Positions 24,848 through 38,050 are shown, numbered from the stretch's first letter. The stretch: 64,000 nucleotides of DNA from Centroscyllium fabricii (GCA_051313645.2 JBNRSN020000029.1:19716001-19780000); one strand, 5' to 3'. Made by a program: numbers and translations. The notes: generated from the sequence alone by a model not told the origin.

Positions 24848-27660
24848 CAAATAACAAAATACTGCGGATGCTGGAAATCTGAAACAACAGCAGACAATGC
24901 TGAAATACTCAGCAGCTCAGGCAGTATCGTGCAGTGAAAAACAAAGTTAAAGTTTCAAGTCGATGCACCTTCCTCAGAACTGGAAAAAGAGCAGAGAACT
25001 GAATTTTGTCTTCCCTTTTCCAGTCACTTCTCACCTACAAATGCAAGTCTTCCGACGCAATCTGCCACGTTACCATTTTCCAGTTGAGGGCACAAACTGT
25101 CTTCTTTTCCCTTTGGAGGTGCACTTCCTCTACACCTCCAGCACCCACCAACACAGCCTCAGGTTTTTCCGCTTCTTCATGCAACAGAGACCAAAACATT
25201 TCCTTTCCACAACCGCCTCCCTTCACCTGGCTGCATTTGTTCTCACATTGAACAGGTTCTCATTAACTCCACTCACTTCCTCCAATTTAAAGGTGCTGCT
25301 ATTGGCACCCACATGGGCCTACTCTATGACTACCTCTTCTTGCGATATGTGGTACATTCGTTGATCGATTCCTACTCAAGTCACCTCCATCACCTCTTGT
25401 CCGCTGCATTGTTGACTGTAGTGGTGCACTTTCCTGCACTCAGCCGGAACTAGAAAACATCATACACTTTGCAACCAATTTTCACTCTTCTCTCATCTTT
25501 AGATACTCAATCTCCGAGTCCATCCTACACTTCATTGACTTCTCTTTCACCATTTTTCCATTTCTGTGGATAGGCTATCGACAAACATCCACTATAAGCC
25601 CACTGACTCCCACAGCTACCTGGACTAACCTTTCTCCCAAACTGCCCCCTGTAAGGCCTCTGTTCATTTCTCTCAGTTTCTCCTACTCCAGCGCATCTAT
25701 TCGGATGATACCAACTTCCAAACTAGGTCCACCGATAATTCTTCATTTTTCCTCAACTGAGGATAACCCATCTAACGTATTTGACATGGCACTCGAAAAT
25801 ATCCATTCCCTTTCCTGCACTTCAGCACTCAGATCTTCCACTCACTCACAGAACCACGATAGGGTTCCGCTTGTCCTCAGCATTAACCTCGCCAGCCTCC
25901 ACCTTCAACTGATCACCCTCTGCCATTCCAAGCACCTGAAGCGTGATCCCACCAATGAGCAAACCTTCCACTCCACTTTTGGCATTCCAAAAGTACCGCT
26001 CCCTTCAGGATATCCTAGTCCACTCCACTATAAAGCACAAAAACCTTCCCCTTCACACTGCAACTTCCCATCCAAGCACATGAGGTGCAACACCTGCCCT
26101 TTCAACTCCTCACTTCCCACTGTCCATGGCCCCAAACACTCCTTCCGGGTGAAACAGCGATTTGCTTCTACTTCTTGCAGTTTAGTATACTGTATTCACT
26201 GCTCAGTATGCGGTCTCCTCTAAATTGCACACGCCAAACGCAGTTTGGGTTACCGTTTTGCAGAACACCTCCGTTCAGTCCAGATGCGTGACCCCGAGTT
26301 TCCGTTCGCCTGTTCCTTTTATTCTCCCCTCCAGTCCCATTCTGACCTCTCCATATTCGGCCCCTTACAGTGATCCGACAGTGCCTACTATAAGCTCGAG
26401 TAACAGCAGCTCATCTTTCGATGAGTCACTATACAGCCTTTTGAACGCAACAAAAATTTAAATCAGACTAAAACGTCGACCCCCATGCTTTCTTGTCTGA
26501 CTTAAATGTCTGCTACTGATGATTCTGCCATTGTCATTCACACCTCACACGCCTCCTCTTTTGTTTATAACTTGTCCAATAACCATCTGCATTTGCCTCT
26601 CATGTCATCACTTTTTTCTTTGAATATCTCCTGGCTACCTCCCTGTTTCAGACATTGGGCCATGTTTTCCTCTGTGCAGGGTAGTGCGTGCGCTAGGACC
26701 CTGTGGACTCGTAATCGCACGCACCAACATCGCACAGAAGTTTCACCGTCAATTTCCTCCCCGTTCCTGCGCTGCGTGGCAGTCCAGCCACGCTAGGTGC
26801 GCAGTGTATGTCCCGCCCACGGATCCCAAATTTAAATTGAAAAGGCCCCCAGATCCCTAATTTAAATAAACAGATCCCGAGTGGGACCTTTGTGAGAGCA
26901 GCGAAGTGCGGAGCTGCACTCAAAGACTCCGCGGGGGAGCAACGCGGGCACAGCAGCTTCTCAGAGGAAGAAACGGAAGATATGTCTCCCATTTTGACCT
27001 CTTAGATTTTTTAGTAGCTAGAGAGTTAAACATTTCAGAAATTTAACTTTAAAAATTAGCAATTTGAAACAGGTAAATTAACTTAAAATCGGGTTTGTAA
27101 ATAAAAAAAAAATACTTTATCTTAAAAATTTAACGCTACCGATTTGGCCACACTACTCCCAAAAACTGTAAAAAATTAAAATTAAAGTAAAAAAATTTAC
27201 TTACCTGCATCAGTAACTAAATCTTCTCCCTCACGCATGAGTTTACTACTCGTTTTTCTGTGTGCAGCTTGTGAGCCATTTGCACACGGAATCACTCTCC
27301 AAAAATCACCGTTCTGACCGGAAATCGTCAGTGCAAGGTCTTCATGCGTTGGATGCTGACGGGCCTTAAAAATCAGCACAGGAAATTCCCGTTCGTGGGC
27401 ATCCCCTGTCCTGCACACCCAGGGGGCATTTCTGACCCCCCTTCGTGAGTGTGCAGCTCCTCTGGAACACAGGAAAACAGGGCCTGTACTCTTTTTTCTT
27501 TCCGCCCCTCCTTCCTTTCCCTGCCCCACACTTGCTTAAATATCTGTTACTTTTTCCAGTTTTGACGAAGGGTCGTTGAATTGATACTTTAATTCTGCTT
27601 CGCTCTCCACGATGCTGTCTGACCTGCTCAGTGATTCCAGCATGTTCTGTTGTTTTTATT
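24848..27660 (+). mobile_element. Second decayed Penelope-like element with inverted pseudo-LTRs (24848-24995 minus; 27540-27660 plus)
   Basis: RT/GIY-YIG remnants in ORF 25705-26223 (HDRVPLVL..CNTC..VKQRF..LVYCIHCSVCG); the two end segments are reverse-complement similar. Confidence 0.8.
26657..27485. mobile_element. Harbinger-type MITE (mosaic) in the Penelope 3' region
   Basis: TIRs GGGCCATGTTTTCCTCTGTGC / GGAACACAGGAAAACAGGGCCT. The right arm matches the reverse complement of the 7689 arm; the interior matches 56765-57220. Confidence 0.82.
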
Positions 27661-27825
27661 ATTGACCCAGTGGATTTTTGACCTCATACAATACGACATC
27701 CAATATAAAGGCCAGATTGCAGCTCCCATTGCCTTCGTAGATTTCTGTGTGTACATGTGAAGTGAATAACTGATGTTTGGGTCGGACGGATATAATTGCA
27801 TTTTAGTTCTCTGAAGTCATTTAAT

Positions 27826-28730
27826 TTATTTGACTAAATTATTAATTTTAGAGAAGGGACACTTAATAACATTCATCAATTCCTTTCTGAATTTACTCTG
27901 GGACACGGCATAAATAAACGTGTTTGTGCATGAACTCAAATTTACAAGCATATACCCACACATTTCCATAATGGCGAATGAGGCGTTGTAATTTGTTTCC
28001 AAAAGTTGAACATCTGTAAAGTGCAAAAATAAGTGATATATGAAAATTACCATCCATAAAACTATGAAATTTCCTGAGATGGCGAGCAGTAAAATGATAG
28101 ATTTTCTTCGGTTCTCTATCTCTGGATCGTTGTGATTATCGCCACTTGTGTTACCTTGGAGTCCTTTCCTCACTCTATTCGCCAGTAGAATGTGCCTGGC
28201 GGTCAGTCCATTGAACAGTAAAATCAAAACAAATGGTGCAAAGGGGATTAATATGTTTTCCAACCACAAATATGCTGCCCATAATTGTGAGGTATAGAAG
28301 CTTGGTTTCACAGAGCAGGACCATGGTACATTGTCAATTATTGCCCGAGGTTCAAATATAAAGTAGATTGGACCATATTGTAAACCGCCTAAGGAACACA
28401 CCACTACTATAACCACAGCCGCAGTCCTTTCGGTGCAATATTTTGCTCGCAATCTTTGGCAACATATCGCAACAAATCGATCAAATGTGAAAGCCACTGT
28501 TAACAATACAGAACAATCTACGGAAACATAATGCAGGGCGATAATGAGGCTACAAATAGGAGTATAGTTCAGGAATGAATAAGGGAAATAAGCATCTTTA
28601 ATCTGTGAGAGAATGACACCAATTATCAGGATCTGTAGATCAGCCACTGCCATAGCCAACAGATAACGTGTGATGCATTTGGAGAGACCGCACTTTCCAC
28701 GGGAGAGAATCACAATTGTCACCAAATTAG
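27826..28730 (-). CDS. Exon 2 of a class A (rhodopsin-like) GPCR, GPR139/GPR142-like
   Basis: Intact ORF with the remaining TM helices: YLLAMAVADL (TM2), FTFDRFVAIC (DRY equivalent), PFAPFVLILLFN (TM5), SSCTNTFIY (NPxxY variant). Acceptor CTCCTTTTTGCAG ends at 28731; phase 1. Confidence 0.92.
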
Positions 28731-29719
28731 CTGCAAAAAGGAGGACCTGCCATTACTATAACTCATGATATAGAAAAAAGATTAGTTGACAGTGCTTTAT
28801 ATGAAATCCATGATTATTTTCTTCCGCTCCACAGTGTATCCTTATTTTTCTCCCACACCATCGGACATGATGAGCGTTTCTGACACTATATGTTTCTATA
28901 TCGAAATACACCACAAAATTATTATGTGAGTTAATTTAACACAACAAAAATTTGCTGTGAGGTTTACGGGTACTGTTCAGATTCAACAGGACGACTCTGG
29001 CCCTTCAGTCTGGCGCCCATAATAGCATCTGCCTGATTTTAATTTCCACTGACATCATCAGAAAGGAATCTCAGGCTGGGTACAAGGAGGAAGGCAGATT
29101 ATCACATCCCTGACTCTCCATACACATCACCGTTGTTAATGTTCCAACTAAATTTCCTTCCTTAAAACCAACATTGCGGATCCACTAGCCGACAATTTGA
29201 GACGGCCGATCTGCAGCGCCAGTTGTAAACCAAACGTAATGTTAAAAATATCCCCCAACATCTCATCATTCAAAGCCATTTAAATAATCATACAAAAGAG
29301 GTTTCACTGTGCTAACATGATTCTGACTGCAATATTCCATCGCTCTGGTTTCTGGAATCAGGGGAAAATTCCTACGAGAGGTTGATCACGTTCTTTCCAT
29401 CAGAAAATAAAAAAGCAAATTATGATTTCTCAGCGCTTCATTGCTCATGTGCACAATATAGCAGCAAACATTTATTTTGGGTTGTGCCTTAAATATGTAC
29501 CACCACAGTCGCTCACATCCCAGCAGCCGGTTAACTGATGGGAGTTACCTTGTCGGAGGTAAATTTGGAGAAATCAGAGATACATCTGGTAACACAATGA
29601 CATCGCAATTATTATTAAAAACCTAGGAGCTGGTATGGATCTGGCACGGACATTTAGAAATGTATTTGAAATGTATTTTTTCAATAAACGATGGCTATAA
29701 ACCGGAGGGTCTGAATTAT

Positions 29720-29960
29720 CATAGAATCATAGAAGATAGGAGCAGGAGTAGGCCATTCAGCCCTTCGAGCCTGCTCCGCCATTCAATGAGATCATGGCTG
29801 ATCTTTAGTAAGCTAGAACCCCATCCCCGCCTTTTCTCCGTAACCTTTAATCCCCTTAGCTTGAAGAAATATATCCAATTCCCTCTTGAATATATTTAAT
29901 GAACTGGCATCCACCGCCCTCTGTGGCAAGGAATTCCACAGGCCCACCACTCTCTGGGCC
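29720..29960 (-). mobile_element. Short CR1 3'-end fragment in the GPCR intron
   Basis: (CATAGAAT) tail and 3' UTR closely matching the reverse complement of 17195-17430. Confidence 0.85.
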
Positions 29961-30456
29961 TGTGGAATTCTTTACAAACAAGAGCCTGTTCATCCTGGGC
30001 GGTAAGGCGCATGATACTCACTTTCTTCGAACAATAGAGCTTAATATCGGTAGGGGCATCACATACAATACAGAAGAAGTATTTCTACCAGCAGAAAAAG
30101 ATGGCTTCCAGAGTAACCCCCTTACATCCTTGCTCAGCTATGTATCCGATATGTCTTTCAAACTGTTAAAAATTATCTATTATAATTATTGACACCGTTT
30201 GACAACATATAATCTGTTACCTGGCCTCCACACTGAGCCGAATAATAGAAAATTAATTAACTCTTGTAACAGTTCCAAATCAAAGTTAAATATGGTTATT
30301 TAAGCTTTGGGACAGGTTTACAAACATGTAATGGAAAACTCATGTGAACATAATGATAACCCATATAACAACCATATTCCAATTTAACAATTCCCTGTTT
30401 TGTGCTTCATGTATGACACACTATTACCATTGCCTCCAGTTTTTGTGAGCAACAAT

Positions 30457-31230
30457 GGGCCAAAAATTAGCCCTGGAGCCTTCGTGCGAGTGCAGTACTC
30501 CTATTTGCACGTACCCAGCACTTTTACCGTTTTGAACTTTTGCACTGTGACTTTCCGAATTGTACAGCTTGGCAGAGCTCTGTGCGAGCTGTTTGTGCAA
30601 ATGAACGGCGTAATTAGTTCGAAATCTCCCATGAGATCACGTGATCGGCAGGGAGCCAATCAATGGAATCAATCCTCCATTAAAAACTTATACATAGAAA
30701 TCTGTGTAACTTTTGAAAAGAGAGATCTTCTAAAACACATCTGAACTCAAAAGTAAAATTTTAAAAATACCACATTTTTTAACAGTACTCCAACTAAAAT
30801 AAATTAACTATTTTAAAGAAAAAATAAAAATTTAGATTTTTTTTACACTCTTTAACAGGCCTAAAATAATACTTACGTGTATTTGAAGTTAACAATAATT
30901 ATAAGCCTGAAAGAACAACACTTAAACACAATAAAATAAAGACTTACCTGCTAAAAACGGGTGCTTACGACTGGTATTTTCAAACGTAGAATCTTCAATA
31001 CTTACCCCGATGAAAATCTTTTTTTAAATCGGAAAGTCACTGCGCATCACGTGTTGCTCAGGTTCCTGAGATAATCATCACAGCTGCTCTGCCCCCCCCC
31101 CCCCCCCCACACACTGGCCGCCTTGGGAATGTCATGGAGCAGCAACAAACGGCTGCTTCATGCGATTTGGAGCTCGGATCTGCTAGCACCCGAGCTCCAA
31201 ATCAATATGCGCGATCGGAAATACTGGACC
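30457..31230. mobile_element. Harbinger-type MITE in the GPCR intron
   Basis: AAT|GGGCCAAAAATT left end and AAATACTGGACC right end; left arm resembles the arm of 19959-20707; AT-rich centre. Confidence 0.6.
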
Positions 31231-32334
31231 ATGATCTTTTAATTCTATCAACCGATGGGTTTTAGTCTATTATTGATTGTAACGAATTATCTCCTGGTTT
31301 ATGAACAGTGATTAAACGACTTGTAACAAAGAAAATTATTTTCACCATCATCCCTGGCCGGGAATCTGAAGAACGGGTGGACGGAAGCCCGCCGCACGCC
31401 GCCCTTTCATCCCACTGCTGAATCTCCCCTACAGAGCTGCGACTCCAGCGACATTATTGGGGAGAAATTCTGGGAGGAATCCGCTGATTTCCCTGGTAAC
31501 TTTTTTCCTTTAAATAATTTCTCTCGGATATACAGGATCTTGTTCCTAAGTTTTGATGGGACATCGGTAGATGGCCCGCGAAAATTCTATTCCTGACACT
31601 CTATTGTTACTATGCAAATGCAACTTGGGGTAGATTGCAGCCTTACACACCAGGGCATTACCCATCGCCTGACGATAGCCGTAGACAGTCGTCAAGGGCC
31701 TTACCGATATCCTGCTCGATCGCTAATCAGTGCTGCTGACGTCAATGGGACTGAAAATCGGGCGTGGAGCGAGAGGCAGACAGGTTACCGCCGTTCTACC
31801 ATTACATGCAGAAAGGGAAATCTGGCATCTAATATCACGGATAGTATCATAATCTACTAGAGATTTTCCATTGTCAGTAATGGACCAGGATCCGCTGTTT
31901 TGTGAGGGAAGGGATAACTTCCGGGGTATTTTCCTTTCTGTGCAGTGTTCAAAAGATGCACAATGTCCCGCACATAAAGATTACAAGCTATCCCATAATT
32001 TCTGTAGGAATCACCAGTAAAGCAACTTGGCATTATAATTTCAACACCACAGCATCGTTTGGAGTCGCTTTAGTATCACATGGATCACTTCCTTTGCGTA
32101 GTCACAACAAAAATTGGCTCCAGGTGTTCGTTTGGTTTGCAATTGGTCATAGACTTTCTACGGGGTTTTGCACTGGAAGTGCCTGTCAACAATAATCAAT
32201 AAAGCACAGCGCCCTCTACATGGCATATGTGACTTGTGTGAACAGGGTGAACAACTGTGTATCTGCTTAACCAAGCAGATTGATTAATTACTTCTGAGAG
32301 CAACACAATTTCTGAACCAGAAGTATAGCGTAGA

Positions 32335-32585
32335 AGTCCAAAGATGTGCGGTTAGGTTGTTTGGCCATGAGAAATTGACCCTTAGTGTTAGAGGGATTGA
32401 ATATGTGTAGTTACGGGGATAGTGTGGCATATGTGTCGGTGCAGGCTCGATAGGGATCGAGCGATATGGGGGGATGGCAGGGATAGTTACTGGGTTTGGA
32501 TGATCAGCCATGGTCTCATTGAATGACGGAGGAGGCTCGAAGGGCCGAATGGCCTACTCCTGCTCCTATCTTCTATGATTCTATG
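32335..32585 (+). mobile_element. 5'-truncated V-SINE
   Basis: GTCCAAAGATGTGCGGTTAGG..GGCCATG..AATTG.CCCTTAGTGT plus a CR1-type tail; homologous to 11361-11660. Confidence 0.8.
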
Positions 32586-33636
32586 TATCTTTGTTAATTC
32601 AAAGTCAAACCCGGTACAGAAGCGAAATAAGAAAGGGAACGAAGAATAGGTTGAGAGAGAGAGTGTTTGCAATAAAAATATGAAAGAAAACGTAAAAAAC
32701 CGAATGTATTCTGCAACAGAGTTTAATAGCTGAATAAATGGTACTCCCAACTTTTAAATGTAACTTTCAATGCCAGAGACGTTGTTTGACAGTAATTAAG
32801 GCGTACCAAACCGTTAAAGAGGCACTTACATTAGAATGGGCAAGGCGTGCCTGATCCTGGCGAGTTCAGTCCGTATCTGTGGGGTAAGTATAGTAACTTC
32901 ACGCAGTTCAATGCATTTGAATGCTAATTCAGATGGCGAGATTACGTTTTCCTTAAGCTCTTGGAGGAGCACGGCATCTCTGACAGCAACTTCTGGAATT
33001 CTGCATTTAAATGCACATTTGCTTTCTCCAGAGTTGCTGCCCAATTTGCAGATAAATAACGGTGTTCGCTACCAGCATCACTATTATTTTTACAACAAAT
33101 TCCAGCTCATTTTAACCTATCACCCAGTCTCAGAATCATGCCTGCAGGAATGCGGTGTAAGCGCAATTTGTAAGTCTACTTGCCGGCAGGCAATGACCGA
33201 GCCCGGCATCAACACATAGCGGTCATTTAATTATCAAGTATGTACAGCCACCTCACGACTTTCAGTGTATTTGAAAGACGGGTCTCTAGGCGAGATATTA
33301 TAATTGCGCTGCCTTTGGTGGAGCAGCACATCATGGACAACATCTTCCTGATTTCAACGCTTAATGGCGCACGTGTGATCACTTAAATTTTCTGTCCGAT
33401 TTCACGAAAATATCATAAGCGCTGCTAGCGTCACCGTTATTAGTACCGCAAAATCCAGCCCAAGAGAAATATTTCAGAATCTTGGAGCACTTTGTTTTAT
33501 TTTTTCGCGGGCAGTAATCAGTTCCAGCAGAACAAACGCATCAAAACAAACCTTATATTATTGGAGCGACTGCGTAAGCAGTAAGACAAAATTACCGCAG
33601 GAAAATATCAATACTAATTGAATAAAACCGTCTTAC

Positions 33637-33706
33637 CAGGAACACCAATCACTGCAAGAATCGGATAGTAAATGTTTTCCACCTGTATGATTACTGGTGG
33701 CCCCAT
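33637..33706 (-). CDS. Exon 1 of the same GPCR (MGPPVIIQVENIYYPILAVIGVP); spliced product 324 aa
   Basis: ATG at 33706 in AAAATGG context; 70-nt exon ending at G|GTAAG. It joins exon 2 in frame to give the TM1 motif IGVP-A-NLV. Intron ~4.9 kb. Confidence 0.88.
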
Positions 33707-33770
33707 TTTTGGAGAGAAGCGAACTTGTCTGTTCGTGTTGTTGACTCGCAGAACATCTGTTTTCCAAAGT

Positions 33771-33777
33771 ATTTATA
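33771..33777 (-). promoter_or_regulatory. TATA box of the GPCR gene
   Basis: TATAAAT on the minus strand, ~65 nt upstream of the ATG. Confidence 0.6.
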
Positions 33778-34111
33778 CCTGAAATAAACATCAAGCGATA
33801 TAATAGCATTACATAATGATTGTCATTAGTTACAGTAATTTGAACACACAGATATAGCTACCCCGTGTTCACATCTATTGGCCAGGGAGTACGATAATTT
33901 AAAATGATGTTGCCCATTGAAAGAGTAAGGCATCCAGGATATTAATTTCATTACATTTTCCAAACAGATTATTTCGCAACATCCACTTCTAAAATCATGG
34001 CACCAAACGCTTTAACCTGAGTATATTTATTCGTATGTTCACACATATACGTGTAATATTTATAAATGCACACATTCAACATCTATGAGCTGCATCTAGA
34101 TCTTAGTTACA

Positions 34112-34490
34112 TCACAGAAACACAGAAGATAGGAGCAGGTGTAGGCCATTCGGCCCTTCGAGCCTGCTCCGCCATTTTGATGAGATCATGGCTGATCATC
34201 CAAACCCAGCACACCACTCCTACCTTCTTCCCCATATCCCCCAACACCCCCAACACTAAGAGCTATATCTAACACACATACTCATGGGCAATTCTATTTT
34301 TGGTATCGCCAATTCACCTAATCTGCATGTATTTGGGTGGTGGGGGGAAACCAGAGTACCGTGAGGAAACCCACACGAACAAGGAGAGAACATGCAAACT
34401 CCACGCAGAGAGGTCCCGGGCCAAGCAGGATTCGAACCCAAGAGCTCCTTAATGCGAGGCAGCAGTGCTAAACACTGCACAACAGTGTGA
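34112..34490 (-). mobile_element. V-SINE just upstream of the GPCR promoter
   Basis: A box-like sequence, B box GGTTCGAATCC, GAGTTTGCATGTTCTC..GTGGGTTTCC core and CR1-type tail. Confidence 0.82.
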
Positions 34491-35120
34491 TTTGTCATTT
34501 TCTGCATGAAGTTAAATTACATTTAATTTACCTTCAGGCGGTTCCGTGGTGCACGTGAGATCGAGGAACATCCACAGATAAACACAGAAAGTGATACAGC
34601 CAGTTGTACACATCTGTTGAGACCCATAGATATGCAGAGAATCTGGAATTTTAGAGATATTAGCGGATCTTGCGCGGTGATTAAAGAGGATATAACAGTG
34701 AGAATCTTTGAATGATACAACACGTGCCTCTGCCGGCTCTTTGAAAAAGCGGGAAACTAGATTCACTCTCCTGCACTGTTCCCATCGACCTTAAAAATGG
34801 TTCCCTTAAATATTTGTCTAATTCACTTCTGAAAAATAGTATTGAATCTGTTTGCACCACCCCATCAGTCAGTGTAGTCCAGGTCACAAATACTCACTTT
34901 GATTATTCCCATCATGTCGTCTCAGCTTATTTTGTCAATTACCGGAAAGCTGTGTATATGGTTATCGACCCTGCTGCTCAGGAAAATTGTTTCATCGTAT
35001 TTGCTGTAAGAAATCAAATTTTCATGACTTTAAACTTTATCAAATCTCCCCTTAGCTTCTGTGCTCTGAGGAGAAATGTCCCATTTTCTTTCTCATCCAC
35101 GTACTGAATTATTTCATCCA

Positions 35121-35815
35121 TTATAGAACATAGAACATAGAACATAGAACATACAGCACTGTACAGGCCCTTGGGCCGTCAATGTAGTCCATCTCTGATT
35201 TTTTCTGTCCCCCCTACTCTTCCTTCCCCTCCATATACCTATCTATCATCGTTTTAAAAGCACCCAGACTGTCCACATCCACTATTTCAGATGGTAGCCT
35301 ATTCCATTCCCCGACCACTCTCTGCGTAAAGAACTTGCCCCTGCCATCCCTTCTGAATCTTCCTCCTTGAATCTTGTGCTCGTGCCCTCTTGTTGTCGTT
35401 CTTCCCACCCGGGGAAACAGTCTCTGCACGTTTACTCTATCGATCCCCTTCATCATTTTAAACATCTCTATTAAGTCCCCCCTCTTCCTTCTCCGTTCCA
35501 GGGAGAAGAGTCCCAGCTCCCTCAACCTCTCCTCGTAAGACTTTCCCCCCATTCCCGGCAGCAGCCTGGTGAATCTCCTCTGCACCCTCTCCAGTGCCTC
35601 CACATCCCTCCTGTAGTACGGTGCCCAGAACTGCACACAGTACTCCAAGTGTGGTTTCACCAGTGACCTGTACAGCTGTAGCATGACCTCCCGGTTCTTA
35701 AACTCTATTCCCCTGTTGATGAAGGCCAATACCCCATAGGCCTTCTTTACTGCCTTGTCCACCTTGGTGGCAGCCTTCAATGATCTGTGTACATATACTC
35801 CCAGATCCCTTTGCT
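35121..35815 (-). mobile_element. 5'-truncated CR1 LINE
   Basis: ORF 35214-35780 (KPHLEYCVQFW..TTRGH..FFTQRVV); (CATAGAA)n tail at 35121-35152. Confidence 0.93.
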
Positions 35816-35849
35816 CCCATTTTAATAAATTTCACAGGCATCATCTCTA

Positions 35850-37350
35850 AAGAATTCCAAACTTCTATCGACTCTTGAACAGTTCACAAGGACTGGAGGT
35901 TAACTAATGTAACCCCACTATTTAAAACAATTGGTAGTTAAAAAAGGGGGAACTTTATGACTGACATCAGTAGTGGGGAAAATGCTGGAGTCCATTACAA
36001 ATGATGTAATATCAGAGCACTTGTAAAACAGTGACAGGATCGGACAAAGTCAACATGAATTTACTAAAGGTAAATCATGCTTGACTAATCTACTGGAATT
36101 TTTGAGGATGTAACTGGTAGAATAGATAAGGTTGAACCAGTGAATGTGGTGTATTTGGACTTTCAGAAGGCTTTTGATAAGGTCCCACATAAGAGACTAG
36201 CGTGCAGCGTTAAAGCAGATGGGATGGGGGCAAGGTTCTGACTTGAATAGAATACTGTTTGGCAGACAGGAAGCAAAAAGTTGGAATAAGCGGGTCTTTT
36301 TCTGAGTGGAATGAAGTGACTCGTGAGGTGCCGCAAGGATTCGGGCTAGGACCCCAGTTATTCCCAAAATGTAAATAAATGAACTAGATGCGGGACTAGA
36401 TGTAATATCTCCAAGTTTGCGTACGACACAAAGCTGGATGTGTGTGTGTGCTGTGGGGAGGATGCAGAGAAGCTCCAGCGTGATTTGGACAGGTTGGTCG
36501 AATGGCAGACGCATGGCAGATGCCGTTTAATGTGGATAAATGAGAGGTTATGCACTTTGGTGGCAAAACAGGAAGGCAGATCATTATCTGAATGATAATA
36601 GATTAATAAAAGCGGGAGAGCAACGAGACCTGGATGTCCTTGTGCACCAGTTGCTAAAGGTAAGCATACAGCTGCAGCAGACGGTTAAGAAGGCTAATGG
36701 TATGCTGGCCTTCATAGCGAGTGGATGTAAGTACAGGGGAAAGCGTGTCTTGCTGCAGTTGGACAGTGCCTTGGTGAGACCACACCTTGAGTATTGTTTG
36801 CAGTTTTTGTCGCGTTTGCTGAGGAAGGATGCTCTAGCCATGGAGGGAGTGTAGCGAAAATTCGCCAGACTGATATCTGGGACGGCAGGATTGACGTATG
36901 AAGAGAGATTGAGTCGATCAGTTTTATATTCGCTCGAGTTTAGAGGAATGAGAGGGTATCTCATTGAAACTAATGATATTCTAACAGGACTAGGCAGTCT
37001 AGATGCAGGAACGATGTTGCTTCTGGCGGGGAAATCCAGAACATTGGGTCACAGTCTAACAATAAAGGGTAAGCTGTTTTGGACTGTGATCAGGAGGAAT
37101 TTCTTCACCCAGAGAGTGGTGTACCTGTGAAATTCTCTACCACAGAAGGCAGTTGAGGCCAGTTCATTAAATATGTGCAAGAAGTAGTTAGGTATATTTC
37201 TTAAGGCTAGGGGGATCACGGGATATGCGAGAAAACAGGGACAGGGTGGAGTATTTGGACGATCAGCCATGATCGCATTGAATTGCGGAGAATGCTCTAG
37301 CGGCTGAACGGCCTACTCCTGCTCACATCTTCTCTGTTTCTCTGTTTCTA
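35850..37350 (+). mobile_element. Decayed CR1 LINE
   Basis: KGKSCLTNLLEF, DFQKAFDKV, VRPHLEYC and RNFFTQRVV fragments; 3' hairpin and tail. Confidence 0.9.
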
Positions 37351-37354
37351 AAGC

Positions 37355-38050
37355 CTTGAAAGATGTACTGGAGCGTGCTACCCAGAATATGAGACAATAC
37401 TTCAGCTATGTCCTAACCAGTGTTTTAGAAATATTTAGCATTACTTGCTTTCTTTATTGCTCCGTGCCTCTATTAAATGCTCCACTCGGCCTGTTTCCCT
37501 TTTTAACACGTCACTCAACATCAAACGCTTGTGTAAGTAAGCTTTCAGGTCTTCCTTTTCCAGCCCCGCCTATTTAAATCTAACTTTAGAATTATATTGT
37601 CTCTCATTGTTCTTTCTGCCAAAATGTGATACTTCACACCTCTGCGCATTTAATTTAATTTTCCATGTGTCTGCTTATTTCACCAGCCTGTCTATATCCT
37701 ATTGAAGTCTGTTCTATCGATTGCACTGTTTTCAACATTTCTGAAATTCGTGCCACGTGCAAAGTTTGAAAGTATGCCCTGCATATCCAATCGCAGCTCA
37801 TAAATAATTATCGAAATGTGTAGTGACCCCAACACTGAGACCTGCAGGATGCACACCACCCTCCTCTCTGGAAAACAACTGCTTACCCAAACACTCTGCG
37901 TTCTCACCTTTAAGCAATTTCGTGTCGATCAAGCCACTGCTGCTTTAATCGCGTGGGCATCACTTTTGCCAAAAGGTCTATTTACGTGGTAGTTGCTCAA
38001 AAAACATTTAAAGTCCATCTGCAGAACAACAACTGCGCTACATTCATCCA
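37355..38050 (-). mobile_element. Old, highly decayed CR1 fragment
   Basis: Recognisable remnants (ORF 37692-37907: QVSVLG..SNFA). Confidence 0.55.

Noticed and set aside
31092-31107. Poly-C run with G-quadruplex potential
   Set aside because: A simple homopolymer inside a MITE with no other support.
31340-33460. Further GC-rich intronic segments with DNA-transposon-like ends (e.g. AAAATCCAGCCC at ~33450)
   Set aside because: Probably old non-autonomous elements, but I could not pair TIRs or TSDs, so they are not annotated.
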